Shown here: positions 32,058 through 40,280 of the stretch, one piece after another
Numbering within the stretch: position 1 is the stretch's first letter
Layout of the letters: each line of letters starts with the position of its first letter
Virus record (IMG/VR): IMGVR_UViG_3300024503_000015
Coordinates: 206,182 to 270,181 of that record
Length of the DNA: 64,000 bases
Direction: 5' to 3' (one strand)
Position numbers and translations under genes: made by a program
The notes under the pieces: model-generated
Databases searched by the model: none
What the model saw: only the letters and a program-made list of their open reading frames with translations
What the model was told of the DNA's origin: nothing

Positions 32058-32525
32058 TTATACAACGGGCTTGTATGTGCGCCAATCGTCGATGTTGGGC
32101 TTTTCGTCCGCATCGTAGGTCCAACCCAAGGCTCGCATCATTCTGTGCTTAACGAGCAGATTAGGGCTTCTAAACCGCCCTGTATCCTGAAAGCCCAGCA
32201 TTACGCCTACTTCGCATACAGCACCGCTACGACAAATTCCAGCAAAACAATGAACAACAACGTTCATTTTGTTATCCAAAGCGTGTTGTAAAAGAGCCAC
32301 AAGTTGATTGGCTTGTTCTTGACTACACTTCATTGCTTCGTCGTCTACGTGGTCGTTTTCCTCCACGTCCAAAAATTCAAAGTTATGAATTTCCTTGAAC
32401 TTATGGGCAGGAGTAGGACGCCAGCTCGCCGGGTCAACGATACTAATCAGCATACTATTTTCGCCTGCTTCGTGATGAAATCTTTTTGGGATATCATCGG
32501 CGGCTACATTTTCAATCCAAGGCAT
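32058..32525 (-). CDS. Cys-based (CX5R) phosphatase
   Basis: VHCFAGICRS. Confidence 0.85.
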   Translation of the reverse strand: MPWIENVAADDIPKRFHHEAGENSMLISIVDPASWRPTPAHKFKEIHNFEFLDVEENDHVDDEAMKCSQEQANQLVALLQHALDNKMNVVVHCFAGICRSGAVCEVGVMLGFQDTGRFRSPNLLVKHRMMRALGWTYDADEKPNIDDWRTYKPVV

Positions 32526-32534
32526 AATGCCTCC

Positions 32535-32903
32535 TTATTTTTTCATTGCTTCCATCATTCCGAAAAGTTCAGCCCATTGTTCACTAGGCTTTTGACCTTC
32601 GTTAAGATTCATAATAGCAAGAAAATCCTTGTAGTTTTCTGGAACCTTGAAATAGATGTTAGCATAAGTGCAGTCAAATGAGTCGTCCTCATCATGACTG
32701 TACCAAGGATGTTCTGACATTTCATCAAAAACATCTTCGTAGTCTTCACGGTTACCACCACCATTACGTGTATGAACAACAATGTAACCTTCATCCATAT
32801 AGACATTACGGAAACGACCAAAGTCGCTTGCAGTTTTGCCTAGAATTTCAAGTAACTTTCCGCTATCGGGATTCATGCCAAATATCATGTTGTACATTGA
32901 CAT
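32535..32903 (-). CDS. Hypothetical protein
   Basis: GRFR, TRNGGGNR, DD.FD.TYA. Confidence 0.7.
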   Translation of the reverse strand: MSMYNMIFGMNPDSGKLLEILGKTASDFGRFRNVYMDEGYIVVHTRNGGGNREDYEDVFDEMSEHPWYSHDEDDSFDCTYANIYFKVPENYKDFLAIMNLNEGQKPSEQWAELFGMMEAMKK

Positions 32904-32905
32904 AA

Positions 32906-33277
32906 TTACTCCTTTACAAAATCAACTCTTTCACTGTAATAGCCATTCGATTGACCTAGCCAACGAATGTCCACATAACCCTTGCGAGTTGCAAACTTGT
33001 AGAAAGTCCATGTGTAAGACTCGTATGCTTCGAAGTCGGCTGGGCTTTCGCCATCAACTTCTTCTGCTATTAGAATCTCTGAACCTACTAAGTCCTGCAA
33101 ATCGCCGACTATGCTTTCTATGCTTACGCTTTCGCAACAGTCTTGCTCGTGATACATACGATAGCGTTCGCCATCTGTGGTTTCAAAAACGATCTCGTCG
33201 CCACTCTCGTTGATGTTGGACAAAGTCTTGCCCTTCAACACATCAACGTTACAATATTCTCTGTCCCAATATCCCAT
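32906..33277 (-). CDS. Conserved phage protein
   Basis: HEQDCCESV...WLGQSNGYYSE. Confidence 0.75.
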   Translation of the reverse strand: MGYWDREYCNVDVLKGKTLSNINESGDEIVFETTDGERYRMYHEQDCCESVSIESIVGDLQDLVGSEILIAEEVDGESPADFEAYESYTWTFYKFATRKGYVDIRWLGQSNGYYSERVDFVKE

Positions 33278-33286
33278 GATATCTCC

Positions 33287-33505
33287 TTACTGCTTTCGCC
33301 GTTTCATCCAGGTGTAATCTACACCGTCTGGACACTTTCCATCTACAATGCTGTCAGCACCAAACATGCCAACAATTTCGTATTCGCTACTTTTGATAGT
33401 TACAAATACTGCCAATGTTTTTGCCCAATCCATTGCTGGGCCAAGATTATCAAAATCTCGTTCGTAAACATTCTTGTTTACATCTTTCCATATTACTTTA
33501 TACAT
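33287..33505 (-). CDS. Hypothetical protein
   Basis: ATG 6 nt after the TATAAT of promoter 33512-33540. Confidence 0.65.
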   Translation of the reverse strand: MYKVIWKDVNKNVYERDFDNLGPAMDWAKTLAVFVTIKSSEYEIVGMFGADSIVDGKCPDGVDYTWMKRRKQ

Positions 33506-33541
33506 TCAATTATTATATCTTCACTTCAATATTTTGTCAAT

Positions 33542-33616
33542 TGGTCCCGCTACTACGAATCGAACGTAGACTTACTCTTTAGGAGAGAGTCGTTCTATCC
33601 ATTGAACTATAGCGAG
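33542..33616 (-). tRNA. tRNA-Arg(CCT)
   Basis: Cloverleaf; ACTCT-CT CCT AA-AGAGT; CCA. Confidence 0.9.
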
Positions 33617-33626
33617 GGAGGGAATT

Positions 33627-33734
33627 TGGTGTGACCGGGAGGGTTCGAACCTCCAAGGACGGCATATCGCCTAGTCCCGACCCACGGAGTGTTTCACAAC
33701 AGTCCTGGAGCTCTGCCTATTCGCTCACGGTCAC
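33627..33734 (-). ncRNA. tRNA-like RNA with a multi-hairpin domain replacing the anticodon loop
   Basis: Acceptor GTGACCG/CGGTCAC-ACCA, D and T arms; AGGAC/GTCCT stem encloses about 41 nt; own promoter at 33741-33769. Confidence 0.7.
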
Positions 33735-33765
33735 ATACTAAGTATATAACCTTTTCAGCAGTTTG

Positions 33766-34206
33766 TCAACGGGTTATGAGGTATTCGTAGTTCACTGTGT
33801 TGTCGTTTTCTTGCAACACACAGGCACCATTTCTGATATGGAACTTGTAGGCCATTTCAGTTTTTGGGCTAAGTGTTACAAAACGATTAACAGTTGGGAA
33901 AAGTTCTTTTATTTGATCCACTACACCAAAAAGTAGCTCTGCGGCCGCACCCGGCGCATAACTCCAAATTGTATAGAAGATTGCTGTAGTTGGTTCTGTG
34001 GGTGTTTTAGCCAAATCTTCAACAGTTGTTGGCACAAAATCGTGCAGACTAACACAGACCATTGCACGTGGTTTTTCGCCTTCTACAGTGGTGGCGACAA
34101 ATCTGCTACCGCTAACACGAAATTCTTTGGGAATTTCTGGACGTACTGGATCATCCTTGATATAGTCAAGTAATGGATTAGTAGTTTCTCTGATTAATGT
34201 TAGCAT
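33766..34206 (-). CDS. Hypothetical protein (GNAT-like C-terminus)
   Basis: DDPVRP, FYTIWSY, VTLSP, FH..NGA; ATG 5 nt after TAAATA. Confidence 0.7.
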   Translation of the reverse strand: MLTLIRETTNPLLDYIKDDPVRPEIPKEFRVSGSRFVATTVEGEKPRAMVCVSLHDFVPTTVEDLAKTPTEPTTAIFYTIWSYAPGAAAELLFGVVDQIKELFPTVNRFVTLSPKTEMAYKFHIRNGACVLQENDNTVNYEYLITR

Positions 34207-34244
34207 ATAACTATTTAGCATTTAGTGGGCAGATTATGGTGTTA

Positions 34245-34319
34245 TGGTGGTAACGGTGAGATTCGAACTCACACCTTGCTCCGTATGAAGGAGGTGCACG
34301 ACCATTATGCTACGTTACC
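34245..34319 (-). tRNA. tRNA-CAT (Met or Ile2)
   Basis: CTCC-TT CAT AC-GGAG; CCA. Confidence 0.85.
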
Positions 34320-34322
34320 AGA

Positions 34323-34558
34323 TTATTAGTAAGATGTCCCGAGAGTTTTGGTTTGGGTAAGGCCATCCGACGGTGCGATTCGTCCCTCTCTTTGTCTAGC
34401 CCAACATGAAGTTCTTGTAGTCTCAATCCGCTCACCTTGCACCGGCGCTTGATACATATACTCTACAGCATTAAAGTTTATAACTTCAATTAACAAAAAC
34501 TTCCGATCTTTGTTAACTCCTTGCGGATGCTTTTAGAACCTTAACTACTTACTAATAA
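34323..34558 (-). ncRNA. Stem-enclosed structured RNA
   Basis: 11-bp terminal IR TTATTAGTAAG/CTTACTAATAA; internal hairpins. Confidence 0.5.
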
Positions 34559-34560
34559 AA

Positions 34561-34829
34561 GGGGTGGAGAGAGAAAGGCAAGTAATAGACTGGACAATGT
34601 ACAAGCGGGCTCTATAAAGATACCCTTAACAAGTCACAAGGCGCAAAGCACAGGGACCTGTATATTTCCAGTTAGCAACTCACAAAGTCGATTAATATAT
34701 AGAACTGGTTCACACAAGCACGAAACGTTTTCAAGACGTTTTGCCAGTAGTTGATGTTCGGTCTCTATAAGAGATCAAACCTTAGGCATGTAGCCTAAGT
34801 CTGTCTATCCTAATCTCCTTCTCTACTCC
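34561..34829 (-). ncRNA. Stem-enclosed RNA with repeated YUUGU motifs
   Basis: Terminal GGAGTAGAGA.../...TCTCCACCCC stem; about 8 (C/U/A)UUG(U/C) repeats. Confidence 0.5.
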
Positions 34830-34858
34830 AGGCTCGGGCTTTCGCCTTTGCCAAAACT

Positions 34859-34932
34859 TGGTTGCGGGACCTGGAATCGAACCAGGATCTAGAGCTTATG
34901 AGACTCTTGAGTTACCGTTTCTCTATCCCGCG
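34859..34932 (-). tRNA. tRNA-Met(CAT), initiator-like
   Basis: C1:A72 mismatch (CGCGGG...CCCGCAACCA), but lacks the three G-C anticodon-stem pairs. Confidence 0.85.
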
Positions 34933-34935
34933 ATA

Positions 34936-35072
34936 ACTTTATAGGTGCTCTCTGTTCGACTCGAACGAAACCTGCTGAGCTCCTTATCTTCCTGGCACTT
35001 TCGGTGGGTAGTCGACTTAGCACCTAACTCGTGTTATCCAGTGTAGTTCAGCTCAGAGAGCATTTATAAAGT
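34936..35072 (-). ncRNA. Long-stem RNA with T-loop-like hairpin
   Basis: About 19-bp terminal stem ACTTTATAAATGCTCTCTG/CAGAGAGCACCTATAAAGT; GTTCGAGTC loop. Confidence 0.55.
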
Positions 35073-35268
35073 GTCTAGCCACTCCCACCACAGGAGCCCT
35101 AAACCGAGCTGTTACTCTGTCCACTAGCCTTTCCATTTAGACGGTGCTGAGGTCCGCCTTTGTGATTTCTCAAGTCGCTTTAAACAAGCCTTGCGGTAGA
35201 TCCAATGCACCGAGCCATTAAGGTGTAGCAATTACCTAACTCTATCACGCTGAGTTAACGCGGGGTCT
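35073..35268 (-). ncRNA. Putative structured RNA
   Basis: Non-coding and GC-richer than the genome; several hairpins including CCGCAAGG. Confidence 0.45.
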
Positions 35269-35269
35269 G

Positions 35270-35842
35270 TTACAGTAAACCTTCTGCTTGCAGAACTGCT
35301 TCTGTTTTGTCAGACAATTGGATAGTTGTCTGAACATTTAACTCTAGGATTTCATCCTGAAGTTTTTGTTTCTGCTTTTTAGCAGTTGCCACTCTACGAC
35401 GGAATCCGTCTAGATCTTCACGAGTGAGCACACTAGTGTCTACTGTGTCGTTGTAGCCATAGATGCTACGACGGTTTTCGCTTTTGTCGTTACGGATCTT
35501 GTCCAAACGACCTGCTACAACCTTTGCGCTTTCGCGAACGGTCTTACTAGCCAATCCGTTGTAGAATTGGATTTGTTTTTCTAGATGTGCAACATCGGCC
35601 AATCTAGTGTCGATTCTAACTTCTGTGTTAGCACCGCTGACACTTTTACGAATCTCGTAAAGTGCTTCCACTAACGCATCTCTGCGTGTAAGGTTGTCGC
35701 AGAGTGTTCCTGCAACTTTGGAAATTTCTTGTTCCGCTTCTTGGAACTCGTTGATTTTTACTGTGGTCTCAAACTGGAAACCTTTGACGGTATCGTTGAT
35801 ACTGTTCTGAAGTGCATTTGCCTTACGTAGGGAGATATTCAT
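35270..35842 (-). CDS. Coiled-coil hypothetical protein
   Basis: Start MNISLRKANAL after AAGGA; helical. Confidence 0.75.
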   Translation of the reverse strand: MNISLRKANALQNSINDTVKGFQFETTVKINEFQEAEQEISKVAGTLCDNLTRRDALVEALYEIRKSVSGANTEVRIDTRLADVAHLEKQIQFYNGLASKTVRESAKVVAGRLDKIRNDKSENRRSIYGYNDTVDTSVLTREDLDGFRRRVATAKKQKQKLQDEILELNVQTTIQLSDKTEAVLQAEGLL

Positions 35843-35908
35843 TTGTTTTTCCTTTAATGTTTCTATTATACAATCTTTTAAATCTAAATCAATGCCTTTT
35901 GGCAAAAC

Positions 35909-35984
35909 TGGAGCGGGAGACGAGGTTCGAACTCGCGACATTTACCTTGGCAAGGTAATGCTCTACCAACTGAGCTACTCCCGC
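35909..35984 (-). tRNA. tRNA-Gly(GCC)
   Basis: Canonical cloverleaf; CCA. Confidence 0.95.
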
Positions 35985-36032
35985 ATATGAAGAACCTAAG
36001 GCAAAGTTTATAACTTATCCAAAGGCCATATA

Positions 36033-36108
36033 TGGTACACGGTACGGGAATCGAACCCGTCTTACTGACGTGAAAGGCCAGTGTCCTAAACCGATAGACG
36101 AACCGTGC
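36033..36108 (-). tRNA. tRNA-Glu(TTC)
   Basis: Canonical cloverleaf; CCA. Confidence 0.95.
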
Positions 36109-36114
36109 ATTACT

Positions 36115-36190
36115 TGGCTCCCCAGGGTGGGATCGAACCACCGACACCCTGATTAACAGTCAGGTGCTACTACCGCTGAGCTACTAGGGA
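36115..36190 (-). tRNA. tRNA-Asn(GTT)
   Basis: Canonical cloverleaf; CCA. Confidence 0.95.
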
Positions 36191-36197
36191 ATAAACT

Positions 36198-36272
36198 TGG
36201 TACCTGGTGACAGTTTCGAACTGCCGACCCTCTCGGTGTAAACGAGACGCTCTACCACTGAGCTAACCAGGC
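36198..36272 (-). tRNA. tRNA-Val(TAC)
   Basis: Canonical cloverleaf; CCA. Confidence 0.95.
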
Positions 36273-36282
36273 AAACTAACAT

Positions 36283-36359
<77 letters not shown>

Positions 36360-36364
36360 AATGA

Positions 36365-36440
36365 TGGAGCGGGAGGCGAGAGTTGAACTCGTCTATTTCA
36401 GTTTGGAAGACTGACGTGTAACCACAAACACTTCACCCGC
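36365..36440 (-). tRNA. tRNA-Gly(TCC)
   Basis: TCAGT-CT TCC AA-ACTGA; CCA. Confidence 0.9.
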
Positions 36441-36446
36441 ATATTT

Positions 36447-36530
36447 TGGTGCCCCAGGAGAGACTCGAACTCTCACGGCTCTCGCCACTGGCTTCTAAGA
36501 CCAGCGTGTCTACCATTCCACCACCAGGGC
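36447..36530 (-). tRNA. tRNA-Leu(TAG)
   Basis: Long variable arm; CCA. Confidence 0.95.
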
Positions 36531-36531
36531 A

Positions 36532-37335
36532 TTAACTGACAATACTATTTAAGTATTCCTGAATTGTCGTTGCAATTTTTTCTTGCACAGACAATTTAAT
36601 TTTTGCATTCTCACCATTAGCACTCATATACTGTTTTCCGTATTCAGTACAATCTATACCAGTGTGCATAAACTCTTTAAAAATTTCTGAGTTGTCAGGA
36701 TTAGGATCTCCAAACCTAACAGTCGTCCATTTAATATTTTGAGAATCTAAAAACTTAATTAACATATTGTAACCATTTCTATGTCTACGAATATGCCAAT
36801 CTTTGCTTTGACTTTTTTGAAAAGCAATACCGTTTAATCGCTTTTTATGAACTTCAATTGGATATCTATCTGGATTCCATTCTCCGTCTACATAATTTTC
36901 ACGTTCAAATACATATCGTTGATTGTTATATTTGAAACTGTGTGCTATATGACTAAACGTGTAATCTGTAACTAATACATGATCCGGTTTAGGATTCTCT
37001 GCTAGGTACTGTTTTAATCTTTTGTGATGACCTATAAAATGTCCACCGTTAATAGATATATTAACTACATTGGAAACATTTAAGAAATTAGGCCATGCGG
37101 CTTTTTGTTCTTCTTCCCATAGATAATGCCAAACAACATTTTCCATATTGCCATTGGGCATAGGTGTTGTAACATTGTTTTCTTTTCTATGTTTTAGATA
37201 CCATTTAAAAACACTTCTAAAATCATTATGGAAACGTAGACTCCAAGTCCTCGGAGCATCGTCGTTGACTATGTCACCAGCCAAACAATTATTGCCATTA
37301 CTTTGGCAATCTCCTAAAATTAAAAGTGTTTTCAT
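36532..37335 (-). CDS. Hypothetical protein (SGNH-like start) inside the tRNA array
   Basis: LLILGDCQS, NISINGG; AT-rich 267-aa ORF. Confidence 0.7.
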   Translation of the reverse strand: MKTLLILGDCQSNGNNCLAGDIVNDDAPRTWSLRFHNDFRSVFKWYLKHRKENNVTTPMPNGNMENVVWHYLWEEEQKAAWPNFLNVSNVVNISINGGHFIGHHKRLKQYLAENPKPDHVLVTDYTFSHIAHSFKYNNQRYVFERENYVDGEWNPDRYPIEVHKKRLNGIAFQKSQSKDWHIRRHRNGYNMLIKFLDSQNIKWTTVRFGDPNPDNSEIFKEFMHTGIDCTEYGKQYMSANGENAKIKLSVQEKIATTIQEYLNSIVS

Positions 37336-37349
37336 ATTAATAGTTATCT

Positions 37350-37426
37350 TGGCGCACCGTAGGGGACTTGAACCCCTGGCCTCCGACGTGACAGGCCGGC
37401 GCTCTGACCAACTGAGCTAACGGTGC
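37350..37426 (-). tRNA. tRNA-Asp(GTC)
   Basis: Canonical cloverleaf; CCA. Confidence 0.95.
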
Positions 37427-37431
37427 AAATT

Positions 37432-37511
37432 CTATTCTGAAACACACTAACCAACTACCAGAAGCATTTATAATGCCGTTATTCGGTTCGAGCTAATGTG
37501 TTTTAGAATAG
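37432..37511 (-). ncRNA. Stem-enclosed small RNA
   Basis: CTATTCTAAAACACATTAGC/GTTAGTGTGTTTCAGAATAG terminal stem. Confidence 0.5.
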
Positions 37512-38391
37512 TGCTAACGCTGAGATTATACGTTAGCCAATAGTGCCTCTAGCATTATAGTCAGCCTTGCGAGCCAACCTTCTCTAGACATCCACATAAG
37601 CCATTACTGTACCTATGTCCACTATCAGCATCGCCGTTTTTAAAGACAGGCAGTAGTCTTGTCGCCATATGCTATTCTACGCTATCTACTCCGTTGACCT
37701 TGCGAGCCATTCAGCGGCGCTAACCACTTACGAAACTTCCAGCATAAACAGATTTCACCTTGCGAGCTACGTCTGACTCGATTACCTTGCGGCTCGAGTA
37801 TTAGATGCTTTTCACATATGACCGAGGCAGTCTTTGCATTTTATAATCGATAGTTGGGATCGAACCAACAGTCCATTGCTTAAGAGGCAATTGCGTTACC
37901 ATTACGCTATATCAAACCTACCGCGATGAGCTGCCTCTGTTGCTCAATAACCTTTTGGATTACTGAATACAACTCACCACATACCTTTTGTCTCGCGGAC
38001 TACTCAGTGATATTTCACGATCAATGTCCTGCATCAAAACAGTCCACTAACCATTAATATTGCATACAAGCCCTTAGGAGCGACCCCTTGGACAAATACA
38101 CTACCCTTTCTCATACCAATTCGCAAGTTGGTTTTGTTAGGAAGTCAGCACCACCCGTTACTTTTCATGCACCCTGGTTCCCTTGCGGGCCAGTCGATAC
38201 ACATTCTTTCCCTAACACTTGCTTCATTGTTACATCCACCGGTCTTCTCAGTGAACGCTACCTCGCGGTAGTGAGCAGGCTTGTTTACATGAACCATTAC
38301 TGGCGGAGTTGCGTAGGCTTACCTCCTTTGGGTTGATCACTCAACTTATTCTTCGTCAACGGCGAACCGCCAACAGGATAATAAACTACCC
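37512..38391 (-). ncRNA. GOLLD-like giant ncRNA (~880 nt)
   Basis: No credible ORF; five CGCAAG tetraloop hairpins; lies in a tRNA cluster; nested tRNA; 3' hairpin GCTAACG-TATAATCTCAG-CGTTAGC. Confidence 0.7.
37845..37916 (-). tRNA. tRNA-Lys(CTT) nested in the GOLLD-like RNA, no CCA
   Basis: ATTGC-CT CTT AA-GCAAT; intact D and T arms. Confidence 0.75.
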
Positions 38392-38401
38392 TTAAATTTT
38401 T

Positions 38402-38570
38402 ACCATTAAAAAATAACATTACACCCTATGGGATGAAACGTATTTCTGAGTGGAGTTCGATTCTCCTCATAAGCCATTGTTCACGGTTTTCTCAGAAGGG
38501 TAAGATGGCCTTATCCTTCATAAGTCTATGCGTCCATAGACGATACCCGTCAATGCTATTTCTTAATGGT
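38402..38570 (-). ncRNA. Stem-enclosed structured RNA
   Basis: ACCATTAAGAAATAGCATT/AATGTTATTTTTTAATGGT; the stem begins with the tRNA-Tyr ACCA. Confidence 0.5.
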
Positions 38571-38652
38571 GGATGCGGCTGGAGTCGAACCAGCAGTGCC
38601 GTAAGGCGGCGGATTTACAGTCCACTGGGGTTACCAATTTTCCTACACATCC
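38567..38652 (-). tRNA. tRNA-Tyr(GTA)
   Basis: Long variable arm; CCA. Confidence 0.9.
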
Positions 38653-38703
38653 ATATCTGCTTGAAATTTTTAAAGAACTAGGTTAATTTCTTAACTAGTC
38701 TCT

Positions 38704-38732
38704 ATTGTATATGAACTTTAGAAACTAGTCAA
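38704..38732 (-). promoter_or_regulatory. Internal sigma70 promoter in the tRNA array
   Basis: TTGACT-N17-TACAAT. Confidence 0.65.
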
Positions 38733-38739
38733 GACATTT

Positions 38740-38834
38740 TGGCAGTGAGTAAGGGATTCGAACCCTTGATCCCCGTTTTTGCAGGAATGCCTTCTTAGCA
38801 GGAAGGTGCCTTCGACCAGCTCGGCCAACTCACT
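38740..38834 (-). tRNA. tRNA-Ser(GCT)
   Basis: Long variable arm; GCCA. Confidence 0.9.
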
Positions 38835-38842
38835 ATATTTGT

Positions 38843-38871
38843 ATTATACGATCAACTGTTAAACAAGTCAA
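38843..38871 (-). promoter_or_regulatory. Internal sigma70 promoter in the tRNA array
   Basis: TTGACT-N17-TATAAT. Confidence 0.75.
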
Positions 38872-38878
38872 CACCTTT

Positions 38879-38968
38879 TGGCCGAAGCGGTGAGATTCGA
38901 ACTCACGGACCCTTTCGGATCGTCTGTTTTCAAGACAGGTGCAATAAACCGGACTCTGCCACGCTTCG
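38879..38968 (-). tRNA. tRNA-Ser(TGA)
   Basis: Long variable arm; GCCA. Confidence 0.95.
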
Positions 38969-39014
38969 TTGTTTTACTTGTATAATTCGTTGTAGATAGA
39001 ATCTGCTACAAATG

Positions 39015-39092
39015 TGGTACCCCTGCTCCGATTCGAACGGAGAGAACTTCTCCTTTTGAGAGAGACGACTTTACCAATTTGTCCACAGGGGT
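39015..39092 (-). tRNA. tRNA-Leu(CAA), short variable arm
   Basis: TCTCT-CT CAA AA-GGAGA. Confidence 0.85.
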
Positions 39093-39097
39093 ATATC

Positions 39098-39171
39098 TGG
39101 TGCTCAAGGAAAGAATCGAACTTTCGATTGTGTCGTACCAAGACACTGGTATACCATTTACCTACAAGAGC
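39098..39171 (-). tRNA. tRNA-Thr(GGT)
   Basis: GTGTC-TT GGT AC-GACAC; two U:U mismatches in the acceptor stem. Confidence 0.85.
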
Positions 39172-39173
39172 CT

Positions 39174-39245
39174 TGGCGCCTCTGAGTAGATTCGAACTAC
39201 TATAACCTGGTTTAGAAGACCTGGCACTGCTCCATCAGCAGAGGC
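39174..39245 (-). tRNA. tRNA-Arg(TCT), reduced D arm
   Basis: Loop CT TCT AA; 72 nt; GCCA. Confidence 0.7.
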
Positions 39246-39246
39246 A

Positions 39247-39323
39247 TGGTACCCTTGGTTGGATTCGAACCTACACACAACGGATTTTAAATCCATTCGC
39301 ATTACCAATTAGCGTACAAGGGC
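39247..39323 (-). tRNA. tRNA-Leu(TAA), short variable arm
   Basis: ATGGA-TT TAA AA-TCCGT. Confidence 0.85.
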
Positions 39324-39330
39324 ATAATTA

Positions 39331-39406
39331 TGGTGCCGCCCCTTGGGATCGAACCAAGTTCCTCGGTGCTTCAAACCGGTGCAATGACCACATTTGCTAA
39401 AGCGGC
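39331..39406 (-). tRNA. tRNA-Phe(GAA)
   Basis: CGGT-TT GAA GC-ACCG. Confidence 0.9.
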
Positions 39407-39412
39407 GATATT

Positions 39413-39487
39413 TGGGGTGAAGCCGGGAATCGAACCCTGCCTTACTGTTTCACAGACAGCCGTGCGGACCACTACACTAGCAACACC
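39413..39487 (-). tRNA. tRNA-His(GTG)
   Basis: G-1:C73; anticodon GTG. Confidence 0.85.
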
Positions 39488-39489
39488 AT

Positions 39490-39566
39490 TGGCCGGCCCT
39501 GAGAGACTCGAACTCCCAACCTCCAGTTTCGAAGACTGGCACTCTAATCCATTGAGTTAAGGACCG
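39490..39566 (-). tRNA. tRNA-Arg(TCG)
   Basis: CCAGT-CT TCG AA-ACTGG; A20. Confidence 0.9.
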
Positions 39567-39573
39567 TTAAAAT

Positions 39574-39647
39574 TGGCAGGCCTACCAGGACTCGAACCTG
39601 GAACGACTGAGTCAAAGTCAGTTGTGTTACCATTACACCATAGGCCA
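39574..39647 (-). tRNA. tRNA-Gln(TTG)
   Basis: ACTGA-CT TTG AC-TCAGT. Confidence 0.95.
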
Positions 39648-39657
39648 ACAGATTGAA

Positions 39658-39870
39658 TTTGTAAGTAGTTGCCCCATCGTTATAGCAACCATTCACCCAT
39701 GTATATAAAGCCGGCTGGGACTCGGTACGTCACTTGGGATACTAGTCCAGTTAGCAACCAATCTGCAGGGATCTTCCGATCCCCCGGGAGTTGAACCCGT
39801 CCCCTTTTACTATTAAGGTAGTTCGAACTTACCTACAATAGCGTGACATTCTCTTGCTGACACTTACAAA
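39658..39870 (-). ncRNA. Stem-enclosed structured RNA with T-loop-like hairpins
   Basis: TTTGTAAGT/ACTTACAAA ends; GTTCGAAC and GGGTTCAACTCCC loops. Confidence 0.55.
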
Positions 39871-39873
39871 ACT

Positions 39874-39948
39874 TGGTGCCCCAGGATGGAATCGAACCAC
39901 CACACCCTGCTTACAAAACAGGACCTCTACCACTAAGGATACAAGGGC
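39874..39948 (-). tRNA. tRNA-Thr(TGT)
   Basis: Cloverleaf; CCA. Confidence 0.9.
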
Positions 39949-39953
39949 AAAAT

Positions 39954-40031
39954 TGGTCTCCACGGTACGATTCGAACGTACAGCCTCCTGACTCCAGATC
40001 AGGCCGTCTACCAGATTGACATTACGCAGAG
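39954..40031 (-). tRNA. Atypical tRNA-Pro(TGG)
   Basis: C1-G72, A73; loop TC TGG AG lacks U33. Confidence 0.65.
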
Positions 40032-40041
40032 ATAAAAATAA

Positions 40042-40117
40042 TTGCGACCGAAGGACTCGAACCTTCGCGGTAATCTAGAATGCCCCGGCAAGGCCGGTTA
40101 ACCCACCATTGTCGCAA
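40042..40117 (-). ncRNA. tRNA-like element without CCA
   Basis: TTGCGAC/GTCGCAA stem plus T arm GAAGG-TTCGAGT-CCTTC; no clear anticodon arm. Confidence 0.5.
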
Positions 40118-40120
40118 ATT

Positions 40121-40195
40121 TGGTGGAGGCCGAGGAAATCGAATCCTTCTAGACATCTTCCTTGCAAGGGAAGACCGTAGCCCACTACTGCCCCC
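40121..40195 (-). tRNA. tRNA-Ala(TGC), atypical D arm
   Basis: G3:U70; CTTCC-CT TGC AA-GGAAG. Confidence 0.75.
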
Positions 40196-40280
40196 AAATT
40201 GGTGTTAGTTTCTATACCACCCATTGAAACTAACAAACATTGAGAGAACATGGATGAACCCACAAGATCTCTATTTGCTC

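Noticed and set aside
34325-34456. Possible 43-aa ORF (MYQAPVQG...) in a stem-enclosed spacer
   Set aside because: No SD and an unremarkable sequence; a structured RNA explains the region better.
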